Below are positions 35,588 to 44,799 of a stretch of 64,000 nucleotides of DNA, in pieces. The stretch is from contig JAFDDA010000064.1 in assembly GCA_019311105.1 (NCBI GenBank), positions 7,593 to 71,592 on the forward strand, given 5' to 3'. Each line of letters starts with the position of its first letter. Position 1 is the first letter of the stretch. This DNA is from Deltaproteobacteria bacterium. Its GTDB lineage: Bacteria > Myxococcota_A > UBA9160 > JAFDDA01. Below the pieces are notes generated by a model. It was not told the DNA's origin. It saw only the letters and a program-made list of their open reading frames with translations, and did no database searches. The translations under genes were made by a program, and so were the position numbers.

Positions 35588-37138
35588 ATGTCCATCGAAG
35601 AGAAGATCAAGAAGCTGGATGAGCTGAACGCTGCCGCCTCGCTCGGCGGAGGCGCTGACCGCATCGAGCGGCAGCACAAGGCGGGTCGCTTGACCGCGCG
35701 CGAGCGCATCGACCTGCTGGTCGACCCGGGTAGCTTCGTGGAGGTCGACAAGTTCGTCGTCCACCGCTGCAACGACTTCGGCATGGAGCAGCAGAAACTG
35801 CCCGGCGACGGCGTCGTCACGGGTTGGGGCACGGTCGACGGCCGACAGATCTTCGTCTTCGCCCAGGATTTCACCGTCTTCGGCGGCAGCCTCTCGGGCG
35901 CCTTCGCGGAGAAGATCTGCAAGGTCATGGACCTCGCGGCCAAGGCCGGCGCGCCAGTGATCGGCCTGAACGACGGCGCCGGGGCGCGCATCCAAGAGGG
36001 CATCGTCAGCCTCGGCGGCTACGGCGACGTCTTCCTGCGCAACGTCATGCAGAGCGGCGTGATCCCGCAGATCTCGGCGATCATGGGGCCCTGCGCCGGC
36101 GGCGCGGTCTACAGCCCTGCGATGACCGACTTCATCATCATGGTGAAGAACACGTCCTACATGTTCATCACCGGGCCGGACGTGATCAAGACCGTGACCC
36201 ATGAGGAAGTCACCGCCGAGGATCTCGGCGGGGCCAAGGCCCACGCGGGCAAGAGCGGCGTGGCGGAGTTCGCGGCGGAGAGCGAAGAAGAAGCGCTGCA
36301 GATGATTCGCACGCTGCTCTCCTACATCCCTCAGAACAATCTGGAAGACCCGCCGTTCGTTCCGACGGACGACGACCCGACCCGCGCCGACCCGGCCCTG
36401 CGCACGATCGTGCCCGACAACCCGAACAAGCCCTACGACATCAAGGAGCTGGTGAGGCTCGTGGTGGACGATGGGGTCTTCTTCGAGGTGCACGCGAACT
36501 GGGCGAAGAACATCGTCTGCGGCTTCGCGCGCTTCGGCGGGCGCTCGGTGGGCGTGGTCGGCAACCAGCCGAACCACCTGGCGGGCGTGCTCGACATCCA
36601 GAGCTCGCAGAAGGCGGCGCGCTTCGTGCGCTTCTGCGATTGCTTCAACATCCCGCTCGTGACCTTCGTGGACGTGCCGGGCTTCCTGCCCGGCACCGAC
36701 CAGGAGCACAACGGCATCATCAGCCACGGCGCGAAGCTGCTCTACGCCTACTGCGAGGCGACGGTGCCGAAGATCACGATCATCACGCGCAAGGCCTACG
36801 GCGGCGCCTACGTCGTCATGGCGAGCAAGCACAGCCGCGCGGACGTGAACCTCGCCTACCCGACGGCGGAGATCGCCGTGATGGGGCCCGACGGCGCGGT
36901 GAACATCGTCTTCCGCAACGAGCTGAAGGGCGCCGACGACCCCGAGACGGTCCGCAAGGAACTCGAAGACGACTACCGCGAGCGCTTCGCCAACCCCTAC
37001 AAGGCGGCGGAGCTCGGTTACATCGACGGCGTGATCAAGCCCGAGGACACGCGGCCGCGCATCATCAACGCCCTCGAGATGCTCCAGAACAAGCGCGACA
37101 CGACCCCGCCCAAGAAGCACGGGAACATCCCGCTCTAA
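35588..37138 (+). CDS. pccB: Acyl-CoA carboxylase carboxyltransferase (propionyl-CoA carboxylase beta-like)
   Basis: 516 aa with [25 protein letters not shown] and GGAYVVM blocks. Confidence 0.9.
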   Translation: MSIEEKIKKLDELNAAASLGGGADRIERQHKAGRLTARERIDLLVDPGSFVEVDKFVVHRCNDFGMEQQKLPGDGVVTGWGTVDGRQIFVFAQDFTVFGGSLSGAFAEKICKVMDLAAKAGAPVIGLNDGAGARIQEGIVSLGGYGDVFLRNVMQSGVIPQISAIMGPCAGGAVYSPAMTDFIIMVKNTSYMFITGPDVIKTVTHEEVTAEDLGGAKAHAGKSGVAEFAAESEEEALQMIRTLLSYIPQNNLEDPPFVPTDDDPTRADPALRTIVPDNPNKPYDIKELVRLVVDDGVFFEVHANWAKNIVCGFARFGGRSVGVVGNQPNHLAGVLDIQSSQKAARFVRFCDCFNIPLVTFVDVPGFLPGTDQEHNGIISHGAKLLYAYCEATVPKITIITRKAYGGAYVVMASKHSRADVNLAYPTAEIAVMGPDGAVNIVFRNELKGADDPETVRKELEDDYRERFANPYKAAELGYIDGVIKPEDTRPRIINALEMLQNKRDTTPPKKHGNIPL

Positions 37139-37211
37139 ACAGCCCGCTTCGGGCGGTCAACGACGAACCCGTCTGAAGTCTGGGTGGTCAACGAAAACAG
37201 GAATCCCCCCC

Positions 37212-38735
37212 ATGTTCAAGAAGATCCTGATCGCCAACCGCGGGGAGATCGCCGTCCGGGTGATCCGCGCCTGCCACGAGATGGGCATCGAAGCCGTTGC
37301 CATCTACTCCGACGTCGACCGAGAAGCCCTGCACGTCCGCTTCGCGGACGAGGCCTACCACGTGGGCGCACCGCCGGCTTCTGAAAGCTACCTCGTGGCC
37401 GAGCGCATCATCGAGGTCGCCAAGGCGTGTGGCGCCGAGGCCATCCACCCGGGCTACGGCTTCCTCTCCGAGCGCGCCGTCTTCGTCGAGGCCTGCAAGG
37501 AGGCGGGCATCGTCTTCATCGGCCCCGAGGCCGAGGTGATGATGAAGATGGGCGACAAGGTCAGGGCGCGGCAGACCATGCAGGCGGCGGGCGTCCCGAT
37601 CGTGCCCGGCACCACCGAGGCCCTGACCGACGAGCAGGCCATCGCCTTCTCGAAGGAGATCGGCCTGCCCGTGATGGTGAAGGCCAGCGCCGGCGGTGGC
37701 GGCAAGGGCATGCGGCTCGTGAAGGAAGAGAGCGCGCTCCAGAGCTCGATCGAACGCGCGCGCAGCGAGGCCATGGCGAGCTTCGGCGACGACACGATCT
37801 ACGTCGAGAAGTTCGTCGAAGAGCCGCGCCACATCGAGATCCAGATCCTGGCCGACCAGCACGGCAACGTCATCCATCTTGCCGAGCGCGAGTGCTCGAT
37901 CCAGCGCCGCCACCAGAAGGTGATCGAGGAGGCGCCGGCCAACCGCATGACGCCCGAGCTGCGCGAGGCCATGGGCCAGGCGGCGGTCGCGGCGGCCAAG
38001 GCCGTCCACTACCACGGCGCCGGGACTTGCGAGTTCCTCGTCGACAAGAACATGGATTTCTACTTCCTCGAGATGAACACGCGCGTGCAGGTCGAGCACG
38101 CCATCACCGAGGAGATCACGGGCGTCGACATCGTGAAGGCGATGATCCGCGTCGCCGCGGGCGAGCCGCTCGGGATCGAGCAGAACGAGGTCCAGATCAG
38201 CGGCCACGCCATCGAGGCGCGCATCTACGCCGAGGACCCGGAGAAGGGCTTCGTGCCGTCGCCCGGCGAACTCGTCGTCTACCGCCCGCCTGGGGGCATC
38301 GGCGTGCGCGTGGATAGCGGCGTCTATCTCGGCGCGAAGGTGACGGTCTTTTACGACCCGATGGTCGCCAAGCTCGTCGCCACTGGGCGCGATCGCCCGG
38401 AAGCGATCGACCGCATGCGCCGCGCGCTGCGCGAGTTCGCGGTGAAGGGGATCAAGACCTCGATCCCGTTCCACGAAGCCGTCATGAAGCATCCGAAGTT
38501 CATCGAGGGCCACTACGACACGGGCTTCATCGAGGAGCACATGGGCGGGGCCTTCGACCCCGGCGAAGATGAAGAGGCCGAGCGCGTGGCGAACATCATG
38601 GCCGCGATCGCGGCCTACCGGTCTGCGAAGGCGAGGGCCGCGGGCGCGGCTTCGTCGACCCAAGGTGGCGGCGCGAGCGAGGGCCAATGGCGCAACGCTG
38701 GACGTAGGGGCCAGATGCGAGGAGGCCTCCGATGA
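37212..38735 (+). CDS. Biotin carboxylase subunit of acetyl/propionyl-CoA carboxylase
   Basis: 507 aa with MFKKILIANRGEIA, HPGYGFLSE, GGGGKGMR, the ATP-grasp EMNTR.QVEH, and an ATGA-type overlap with the next gene. Confidence 0.9.
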   Translation: MFKKILIANRGEIAVRVIRACHEMGIEAVAIYSDVDREALHVRFADEAYHVGAPPASESYLVAERIIEVAKACGAEAIHPGYGFLSERAVFVEACKEAGIVFIGPEAEVMMKMGDKVRARQTMQAAGVPIVPGTTEALTDEQAIAFSKEIGLPVMVKASAGGGGKGMRLVKEESALQSSIERARSEAMASFGDDTIYVEKFVEEPRHIEIQILADQHGNVIHLAERECSIQRRHQKVIEEAPANRMTPELREAMGQAAVAAAKAVHYHGAGTCEFLVDKNMDFYFLEMNTRVQVEHAITEEITGVDIVKAMIRVAAGEPLGIEQNEVQISGHAIEARIYAEDPEKGFVPSPGELVVYRPPGGIGVRVDSGVYLGAKVTVFYDPMVAKLVATGRDRPEAIDRMRRALREFAVKGIKTSIPFHEAVMKHPKFIEGHYDTGFIEEHMGGAFDPGEDEEAERVANIMAAIAAYRSAKARAAGAASSTQGGGASEGQWRNAGRRGQMRGGLR

Positions 38736-39277
38736 TCTACGAGATCTCCCAGAAGAAGTCGAAGAAGCCCGCACGCAAGGTCGAGCTGCGTGAGCTCGAA
38801 GAGGGGCAGTACGAGATCGAGATCGACGGCGAGACGGTCCACGTCGACGCGGCGAAGAGCGGGCGCACGATCTACTCGGTCATCGAGGGTGGGCGCCAGT
38901 TCGAAGTCTCCGTTGACGAGAAGGGCCCGCGCGACTTCGACATCCTGCTGCGAGGGCGGCTCTTCCACCTCGAGGCCGTCGACGAGCGCAGCCGGCTGCT
39001 CGCCGCGAGCTCGAAGATGGCGTCCTCCGGGCCCCAGACCGTCGAGGCCGAGATGCCCGGCAAGGTCATGCTCGTGAAGGCGGCGGTGGGCGACACCGTG
39101 GCCGAGGGGCAGGGCGTCGTGGTGATCGAGGCCATGAAGATGGAAAACGAGATCGAGTCACCGATCGATGGCGTCATCACGGAGCTTCCGGCCGAGGCTG
39201 GCCAGACCGTGGAAAACGGCGACGTCCTCTTCGTGGTCGAACCCACCCCTGATGAAGGGGACGGTTCTAAACGCTGA
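38732..39277 (+). CDS. Biotin carboxyl-carrier (biotinyl/lipoyl domain) protein
   Basis: 181 aa with the C-terminal biotinylation motif EAMKMENEI. Confidence 0.8.
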   Translation: MIYEISQKKSKKPARKVELRELEEGQYEIEIDGETVHVDAAKSGRTIYSVIEGGRQFEVSVDEKGPRDFDILLRGRLFHLEAVDERSRLLAASSKMASSGPQTVEAEMPGKVMLVKAAVGDTVAEGQGVVVIEAMKMENEIESPIDGVITELPAEAGQTVENGDVLFVVEPTPDEGDGSKR

Positions 39278-39284
39278 CGAAAGC

Positions 39285-39405
39285 GGCCGTCGCGGAGGAA
39301 TGTTGCCTCCGGCGAATGGCTCGCGCCGGATTACGGCGAGCTGGGGTTTACATCGAGCGGCGCTGCGCTTTATTTCGCCGGAGGCAACATTCCTCCGCGA
39401 CGGCC
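39285..39405. repeat. Perfect 32-bp inverted repeat with a 57-nt spacer (palindromic intergenic element)
   Basis: The arms are 39285..39316 and 39374..39405 (ggccgtcgcggaggaatgttgcctccggcgaa and its exact reverse complement). Each arm also contains its own GGAGG-N7-CCTCC hairpin. Confidence 0.9.
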
Positions 39406-39432
39406 TACTCGCCGCGCGAAACTTGGTGAAGC

Positions 39433-40386
39433 ATGGCTCCCCGAAAAATCATCTTTGATACGGACATCGGCAGCGACGTCGACGATGCGGTGGCGTTGGC
39501 GTTGATCCTGGCTTGCCCCGAGGCGTTGGAGCTGGTCGGGGTCACCACGGTTTCGCAGGATACGGAGCTGCGGGCTCGGGTTGCGGCCCGGATGCTCGGG
39601 CTTCGGGGTGCGGGCGATGTGCCGGTGTTCGAGGGGGAGCGCAAGCCGCGCAACGCGGCGCAGGAGCGCTTTGCCTGGTACGGGCACGAGGCGCAGGTGG
39701 CCGACGGCGAGGGCAACGCCGCCGAGATCCATGCCGAGACCGCCGCCGAGGCGATCGTCAGTCTTGCGAAGGAGCACGACGATCTCGAGATCGTTGCCGT
39801 TGGGCCGATGACCAACGTCGCGGCAGCCCTGGCTCTCGACCCCGAGCTGCCGAAGCGCGTCGCTGGCCTGACGGTCATGGGCGGCCACATTCGCGAGGTG
39901 AAGATCGGCGACTTCGTCTGCAAGCCAGGCATCGATTACAACCTGTGCAGCGACCCCGAGGCCACCTGCGCCGTGCTCGGCGCGGGCTTCCGCACGACGC
40001 TCGTCACCGCGGACGTGACGCTCTCGACCTGGATGCGCGAGGCCGACCTCGCGCGCCTCGACGCCGGGGGCCCGCTCGCCCGCGACGTCGCCGCGCAGGT
40101 CCGCGTGTGGGCACCCGTGCAGTACAAGCTTTTCACCGGTCTCGGCGGCCAGGTCGAAGCCGACAACGTGAGCTACCTGCACGACCCTCTCGCCGTCTGG
40201 TCGCTCGTCGACCCGAGCGCGATCCACTTCGACGAGCTTCAGATCGTCACCACCATCGAGAACGGAACGCTGCGTACCCACGAGGTCGATCCCGGCCTCG
40301 GCATCGGCGCACCCATGAAGGTTGCGACGTCCGTCGACGCCGGCGCGGCTGAGCGTGCCATCGTGGGTCGCCTGGCGACGCTCTAA
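39433..40386 (+). CDS. Nucleoside hydrolase (IUNH family)
   Basis: 317 aa with the N-terminal aspartate cluster IIFDTDIGSDVDDAVAL. Confidence 0.85.
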   Translation: MAPRKIIFDTDIGSDVDDAVALALILACPEALELVGVTTVSQDTELRARVAARMLGLRGAGDVPVFEGERKPRNAAQERFAWYGHEAQVADGEGNAAEIHAETAAEAIVSLAKEHDDLEIVAVGPMTNVAAALALDPELPKRVAGLTVMGGHIREVKIGDFVCKPGIDYNLCSDPEATCAVLGAGFRTTLVTADVTLSTWMREADLARLDAGGPLARDVAAQVRVWAPVQYKLFTGLGGQVEADNVSYLHDPLAVWSLVDPSAIHFDELQIVTTIENGTLRTHEVDPGLGIGAPMKVATSVDAGAAERAIVGRLATL

Positions 40387-40740
40387 CCGCGCGTTTCCAA
40401 CTCCGCGATCAGCCGCTTCCCTGCCCCGTCGCCAGGAATGTTCGAGGAGTTCCGCGAGCTGGGCTTCGTGGACCCGGGTGAGTCGGACCAATGCCATCTC
40501 CGACGCACCGTAGTGCTCGGTGTAGTGGAAGACGTCGGGGTCGCCCTCCACGAACCGCTCGCGATCGTCGAAACTCATGCGCAGGACGAGGTCTTCTCCC
40601 TCGGGGCGCAAACGCGCGAAGAGTTTCTTGCGAACCTTGAAGGCGGCGGTGTCGTAGGAAGTGTCTTCTTCCGCGCCGGGGAGCCGCAGGGCGATGCGAC
40701 GGACGGCGGCCCAGTCGACGCCGCGCTTTCCGCGCGGCAC
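40383..40740 (-). pseudogene. YjbR/MmcQ-like small protein, apparent +1 frameshift near 3' end
   Basis: GTG at 40740 overlaps the tatC TAG. The body runs VDWAAVRRIALRLPGAEED...EHSW in one frame. The expected tail AGKRLIAELETRG-stop is in the adjacent frame after a GGGG run near 40424. The first frame has no stop for over 1 kb. Confidence 0.5.
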
Positions 40741-41507
40741 TAGACGTGATCCGGTGGGTTCGCCGTTGGCAGGTCGCGCTTCGCGGGCTTGCCGGGGTTC
40801 ACGAAGAAGGCCACTCCCACGCCAAGCAGGTAGAGGATGAGCAGCGGGCCGGCCAGCAGGACCTGGCTGATGACGTCGGGCGGCGTGAGGATGGCGCCGA
40901 GCAGGAAGCAGATGAGCACGGCGTACTTGAAGCCGGCGAGGAGCTGTCGGGCGTTCATCAATCCCGAGAGTGCGAGGAAGAACACGACCACTGGCATTTC
41001 GAAGCCCGTGCCGAAGGCGAGGTAGAGCCGCGTCGTGAAGCCGAAGACTTCGCGCATGGTCCAGGCGTTCTGGACGAAGTCGTTGTTGAAGCCGAGGAAG
41101 AAGTCGAAGACCAGCGGGAAGACCATCACGTAGCCGAAGGTCGCGCCGCCGGCGAAGAGGAACGTCGAGACGGCCACGAAGGGGACGGCGTAGCGCCGCT
41201 CCTGGTCGTAGAGGCCGGGGGCGATGAAGGCCCAGAGCTGCCAGAAGATGACGGGCAGGCCGACGATCAGGCCCGCCAACGCCGCGCACTTCAAGTAGGT
41301 GAAGAAGATCTCGGGCGGCGACAACGCCTGGAGTTGCGTGCCCTCGCCGCCGAGCGCCGTGATGGCGGGGGCGAGCAGGAACTCGAAGACGTCCTCGCGG
41401 AAGCTCCACATGATGAGGAAGCCCACGAGCCAACCGAGGAGCGCCCGGCCGAGGCGGGTGCGGAGCTCGGCGAGGTGGTCGAGGAGGGGGAGCTTGGTCT
41501 CGTCCAT
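40740..41507 (-). CDS. tatC: Twin-arginine translocase subunit TatC
   Basis: 255 aa, six TM helices, with the N-terminal LLDHLAELRTRL block. Confidence 0.9.
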   Translation of the reverse strand: MDETKLPLLDHLAELRTRLGRALLGWLVGFLIMWSFREDVFEFLLAPAITALGGEGTQLQALSPPEIFFTYLKCAALAGLIVGLPVIFWQLWAFIAPGLYDQERRYAVPFVAVSTFLFAGGATFGYVMVFPLVFDFFLGFNNDFVQNAWTMREVFGFTTRLYLAFGTGFEMPVVVFFLALSGLMNARQLLAGFKYAVLICFLLGAILTPPDVISQVLLAGPLLILYLLGVGVAFFVNPGKPAKRDLPTANPPDHV

Positions 41508-41513
41508 CTAGAG

Positions 41514-41828
41514 TTATGACGGGACTTTGGGTTCGGATTTGGATGGGGCAGGGCCCACTTCGGATTCCGCCTTCGGCGGCGGCGCGTCCGGCGGTGGCGG
41601 CGTGATCGCCTGATCAGGCCGCTGAGGGGCTGCGGCCTCGGGCGCCGGGTTGCTCGGCGGCTCGTCGGTGACTTCCATCAGGGATTGGCGCAGGTCGTAG
41701 CTCGCCCGGCGGAATTCTCCGAAGCCCTTGCCGAGCGAGCGCGCCAGCTCGGGGAGCTTGTTGGGGCCGAAGATCAGGAGAGCGATCACGAGGATCACGA
41801 CGATTTCGGTCATGCCGATGCCAAACAT
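41514..41828 (-). CDS. tatA: Twin-arginine translocase subunit TatA/E
   Basis: 104 aa starting MFGIGMTEIVVILVIALLIFGPNKLPELARSLGKG, with a Pro/Ala-rich tail. Confidence 0.85.
   Translation of the reverse strand: MFGIGMTEIVVILVIALLIFGPNKLPELARSLGKGFGEFRRASYDLRQSLMEVTDEPPSNPAPEAAAPQRPDQAITPPPPDAPPPKAESEVGPAPSKSEPKVPS
41538..41583 (-). repeat. REP-like element, copy e, inside the tatA 3' coding region
   Basis: The reverse complement reads gccgccgaaggcggaatccgaagtgggccctgccccatccaaa. Confidence 0.7.
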
Positions 41829-41905
41829 GAAGGGGAGAGTAGCCCGCCCACCACCACCCCCCCAGATCGTGGCGAGCGGGCTCTCTCAGAAATCAAAATT
41901 GGCCG

Positions 41906-41930
41906 CTAGGGAACCTCAGAGGTTCCCTAG
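41906..41930 (-). terminator. Perfect 25-nt palindrome at the PilZ gene stop; candidate terminator or operator upstream of tatA
   Basis: ctagggaacctc-a-gaggttccctag. On the minus strand it is followed by cggccaattttgatttc. Confidence 0.45.
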
Positions 41931-42349
41931 GCCGTCCTCCCCAGCGGTGTGGCGGCCGAACGCGGCACCCGGGCCAGGCCGCGGCGCACCCCGGCCACGA
42001 GCACGAGGCCGAGCCAGGAGGCCGGCGCCCCAGGCGCCCCGTCGTGGCTCTCACGGCCCCAGGCCACGCGCGCCACGGCGTCGAAGTCGGGCTTCCCGTC
42101 GACGCTCTGGACGATGACCCGCACGAGCGACCCCACGGGCAAGGCTTCGTCGACGCCGAGCGCCATGCCCGAGGGCGAGACGTTGCGCGTGAACCCGACG
42201 CGGGTGAGCGTGTCGGTCCCGACCCGCGGGAAGGACGTGTACTCGACCCGTCGGACGGCCTCTTCACGCGCCTCCATGCGGCTTTCGACGCGGAGCGTCT
42301 TCTGCGGCAAGCCGAGCGTGAGCTGTGTGTTCGGTGCGGCCTGCGTCAT
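41927..42349 (-). CDS. PilZ-domain protein (putative c-di-GMP receptor)
   Basis: 140 aa. REEAVRR (RxxxR-like) and NVSPSGMAL (D/N-x-S-x-x-G) occur in the expected order and spacing. Confidence 0.6.
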   Translation of the reverse strand: MTQAAPNTQLTLGLPQKTLRVESRMEAREEAVRRVEYTSFPRVGTDTLTRVGFTRNVSPSGMALGVDEALPVGSLVRVIVQSVDGKPDFDAVARVAWGRESHDGAPGAPASWLGLVLVAGVRRGLARVPRSAATPLGRTA

Positions 42350-42463
42350 ATCCGTACTCCCTGCTGCATGATCTGCGTCATGTCTGTGCTCCCTGCTGCA
42401 TGATCTGCGTCATGTCCGTGCCCCTTGCTGCATGATCTGCGTCATGTCCGTGCCCCTTGCTGC
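42341..42463 (-). repeat. 32-bp tandem repeat, ~3.8 copies, each unit carrying SD + ATG + an 11-codon mini-ORF
   Basis: Unit starts on the plus strand are 42341, 42373, 42405 and 42437. Minus-strand units read ...GGAG/GGGG-N7-ATGACGCAGATCATGCAGCA(G/A)GG.... The mini-ORFs are 42445..42410, 42413..42378 and 42381..42346. Confidence 0.9.
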
Positions 42464-43065
42464 GCGGGATGCGCAGGGTTCGAAATCTCTCGCAGCCGTC
42501 GCTGTGCCACGGTCTGTCGGGCTGCGCGTGAGACGAGGTCGGAGAGGCGCTGCCGCAACGGCGGGCTCTCCATGACCTCGCGCAGGATGTGTTTCACCTG
42601 GCGCTGCTTGCCGACGACCTGGCCGAGCGCACTGAGGAAGGCCACGAGCCGCGCGCGCTGGCGCTGGGCCCCGACGGCACGCGCCACCGAGGCGCCAACC
42701 TGGATCACGTCGAAGGGCTTCTGGAGCAAGTCGGAGACGCCGGCCCGCAGCGCAGCCGATGCTTCTTGCAACGACACCGAGCCCGCCAAGACGACCACGG
42801 CGACCTCCGGGAACTCGCGGCGCAGGCCCTCGAGCAGATCGGTGGCATGGCCACCCGGTAGCCGCAGGTCGAGCACGACGGCATGGACCCGGCCGCGCAC
42901 GAGCAGGTCGAAGAGCGCGTCGGCACACGACGCGGTGTAGACCCGGTGATGGGGCGCCAGGATCATGCGCAGGGATTCGCGCACGCCGGCGTCGCGGTCG
43001 GCGACCACGATGGTGGTGCGCCCGATGGGTACGGTCCCGGCGGAGGGCTCCATGCCCTCCTGCAT
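42442..43065 (-). CDS. Response-regulator receiver protein with uncharacterised C-terminal region
   Basis: The receiver runs IVVADRD...VVLDLRLPG...KPF. The first ATG (43065) sits immediately beside a sigma-54 -12 element, so ATG 43053 may be the true start. Confidence 0.75.
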   Translation of the reverse strand: MQEGMEPSAGTVPIGRTTIVVADRDAGVRESLRMILAPHHRVYTASCADALFDLLVRGRVHAVVLDLRLPGGHATDLLEGLRREFPEVAVVVLAGSVSLQEASAALRAGVSDLLQKPFDVIQVGASVARAVGAQRQRARLVAFLSALGQVVGKQRQVKHILREVMESPPLRQRLSDLVSRAARQTVAQRRLREISNPAHPAQQGART

Positions 43066-43066
43066 C

Positions 43067-43082
43067 GCAACCTGCGTGCCAA
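43067..43082 (-). promoter_or_regulatory. Sigma-54 (-24/-12) promoter, consensus-perfect TTGGCAC-N5-TTGC
   Basis: The minus strand reads TTGGCACGCAGGTTGC, followed by G-ATG (43065). A second ATG at 43053 lies ~2 nt after the predicted +1. Confidence 0.6.
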
Positions 43083-43270
43083 CTCGAGGTGGCGTCGAAG
43101 CGCTCCTGGACTGCGCGGCGGCAGGTGTGCAACCAGCCGTCTACGCGCCGTTTTTCCGAATCCGATTCGGGGAACGTCGTTATGCGGGTATCGCCCCTCG
43201 CTGTTCCGCCACGTACGGTCGTGGCTCAGCGGGTGGTTGAACTCATTGATTCAACAAGGAAATCGCGAAT

Positions 43271-43291
43271 CGTTCCGATCCGAACGGAACG
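43271..43291 (-). terminator. Hairpin downstream of the sigma-54 activator gene
   Basis: cgttccg-N7-cggaacg, 12 nt past the stop at 43303. The minus strand is moderately T-rich afterwards. Confidence 0.35.
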
Positions 43292-43302
43292 CGCATGGAA
43301 CG

Positions 43303-44635
<1,333 letters not shown>

Positions 44636-44685
44636 GGAAAGAATCTACCCAACACCCAAGCAAGGCGGGCGGCGAGAGTCCCTGC

Positions 44686-44731
44686 GGCGCCGCCGAAGGC
44701 GGAATTGGAGGTGGCCAGGCCATCTAGATCC
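44686..44731 (+). repeat. REP-like element, copy c (intergenic)
   Basis: Reads ggcgccgccgaaggcggaattggaggtggccaggccatctagatc. Confidence 0.7.
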
Positions 44732-44799
44732 GGCCTTCTTTGAGCTTCGGGAGCGGCGCTGTCCCGCAGGCACTCTGCCCGCCCCCTCCCGGCTTGTTC

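Noticed and set aside
39370-41433. A 687-aa minus-strand ORF.
   Set aside because: It is a chimera. Part is off-frame TatC-region sequence, a short part is a genuine YjbR-like segment, and ~1 kb lies antisense to the well-supported nucleoside hydrolase gene.
42341-42463. A CRISPR array, considered because the repeats have 32-36-bp periods here and at 22343, 27565, 30561, 31149 and 56130.
   Set aside because: The units are directly tandem with no unique spacers, there are only 2-4 copies, and no cas genes are nearby.
42468-42500. A tRNA-like T-arm string GGGTTCGAAATC.
   Set aside because: Flanking bases do not form a T-stem, acceptor stem or anticodon arm. It lies inside the receiver-gene 3' region.
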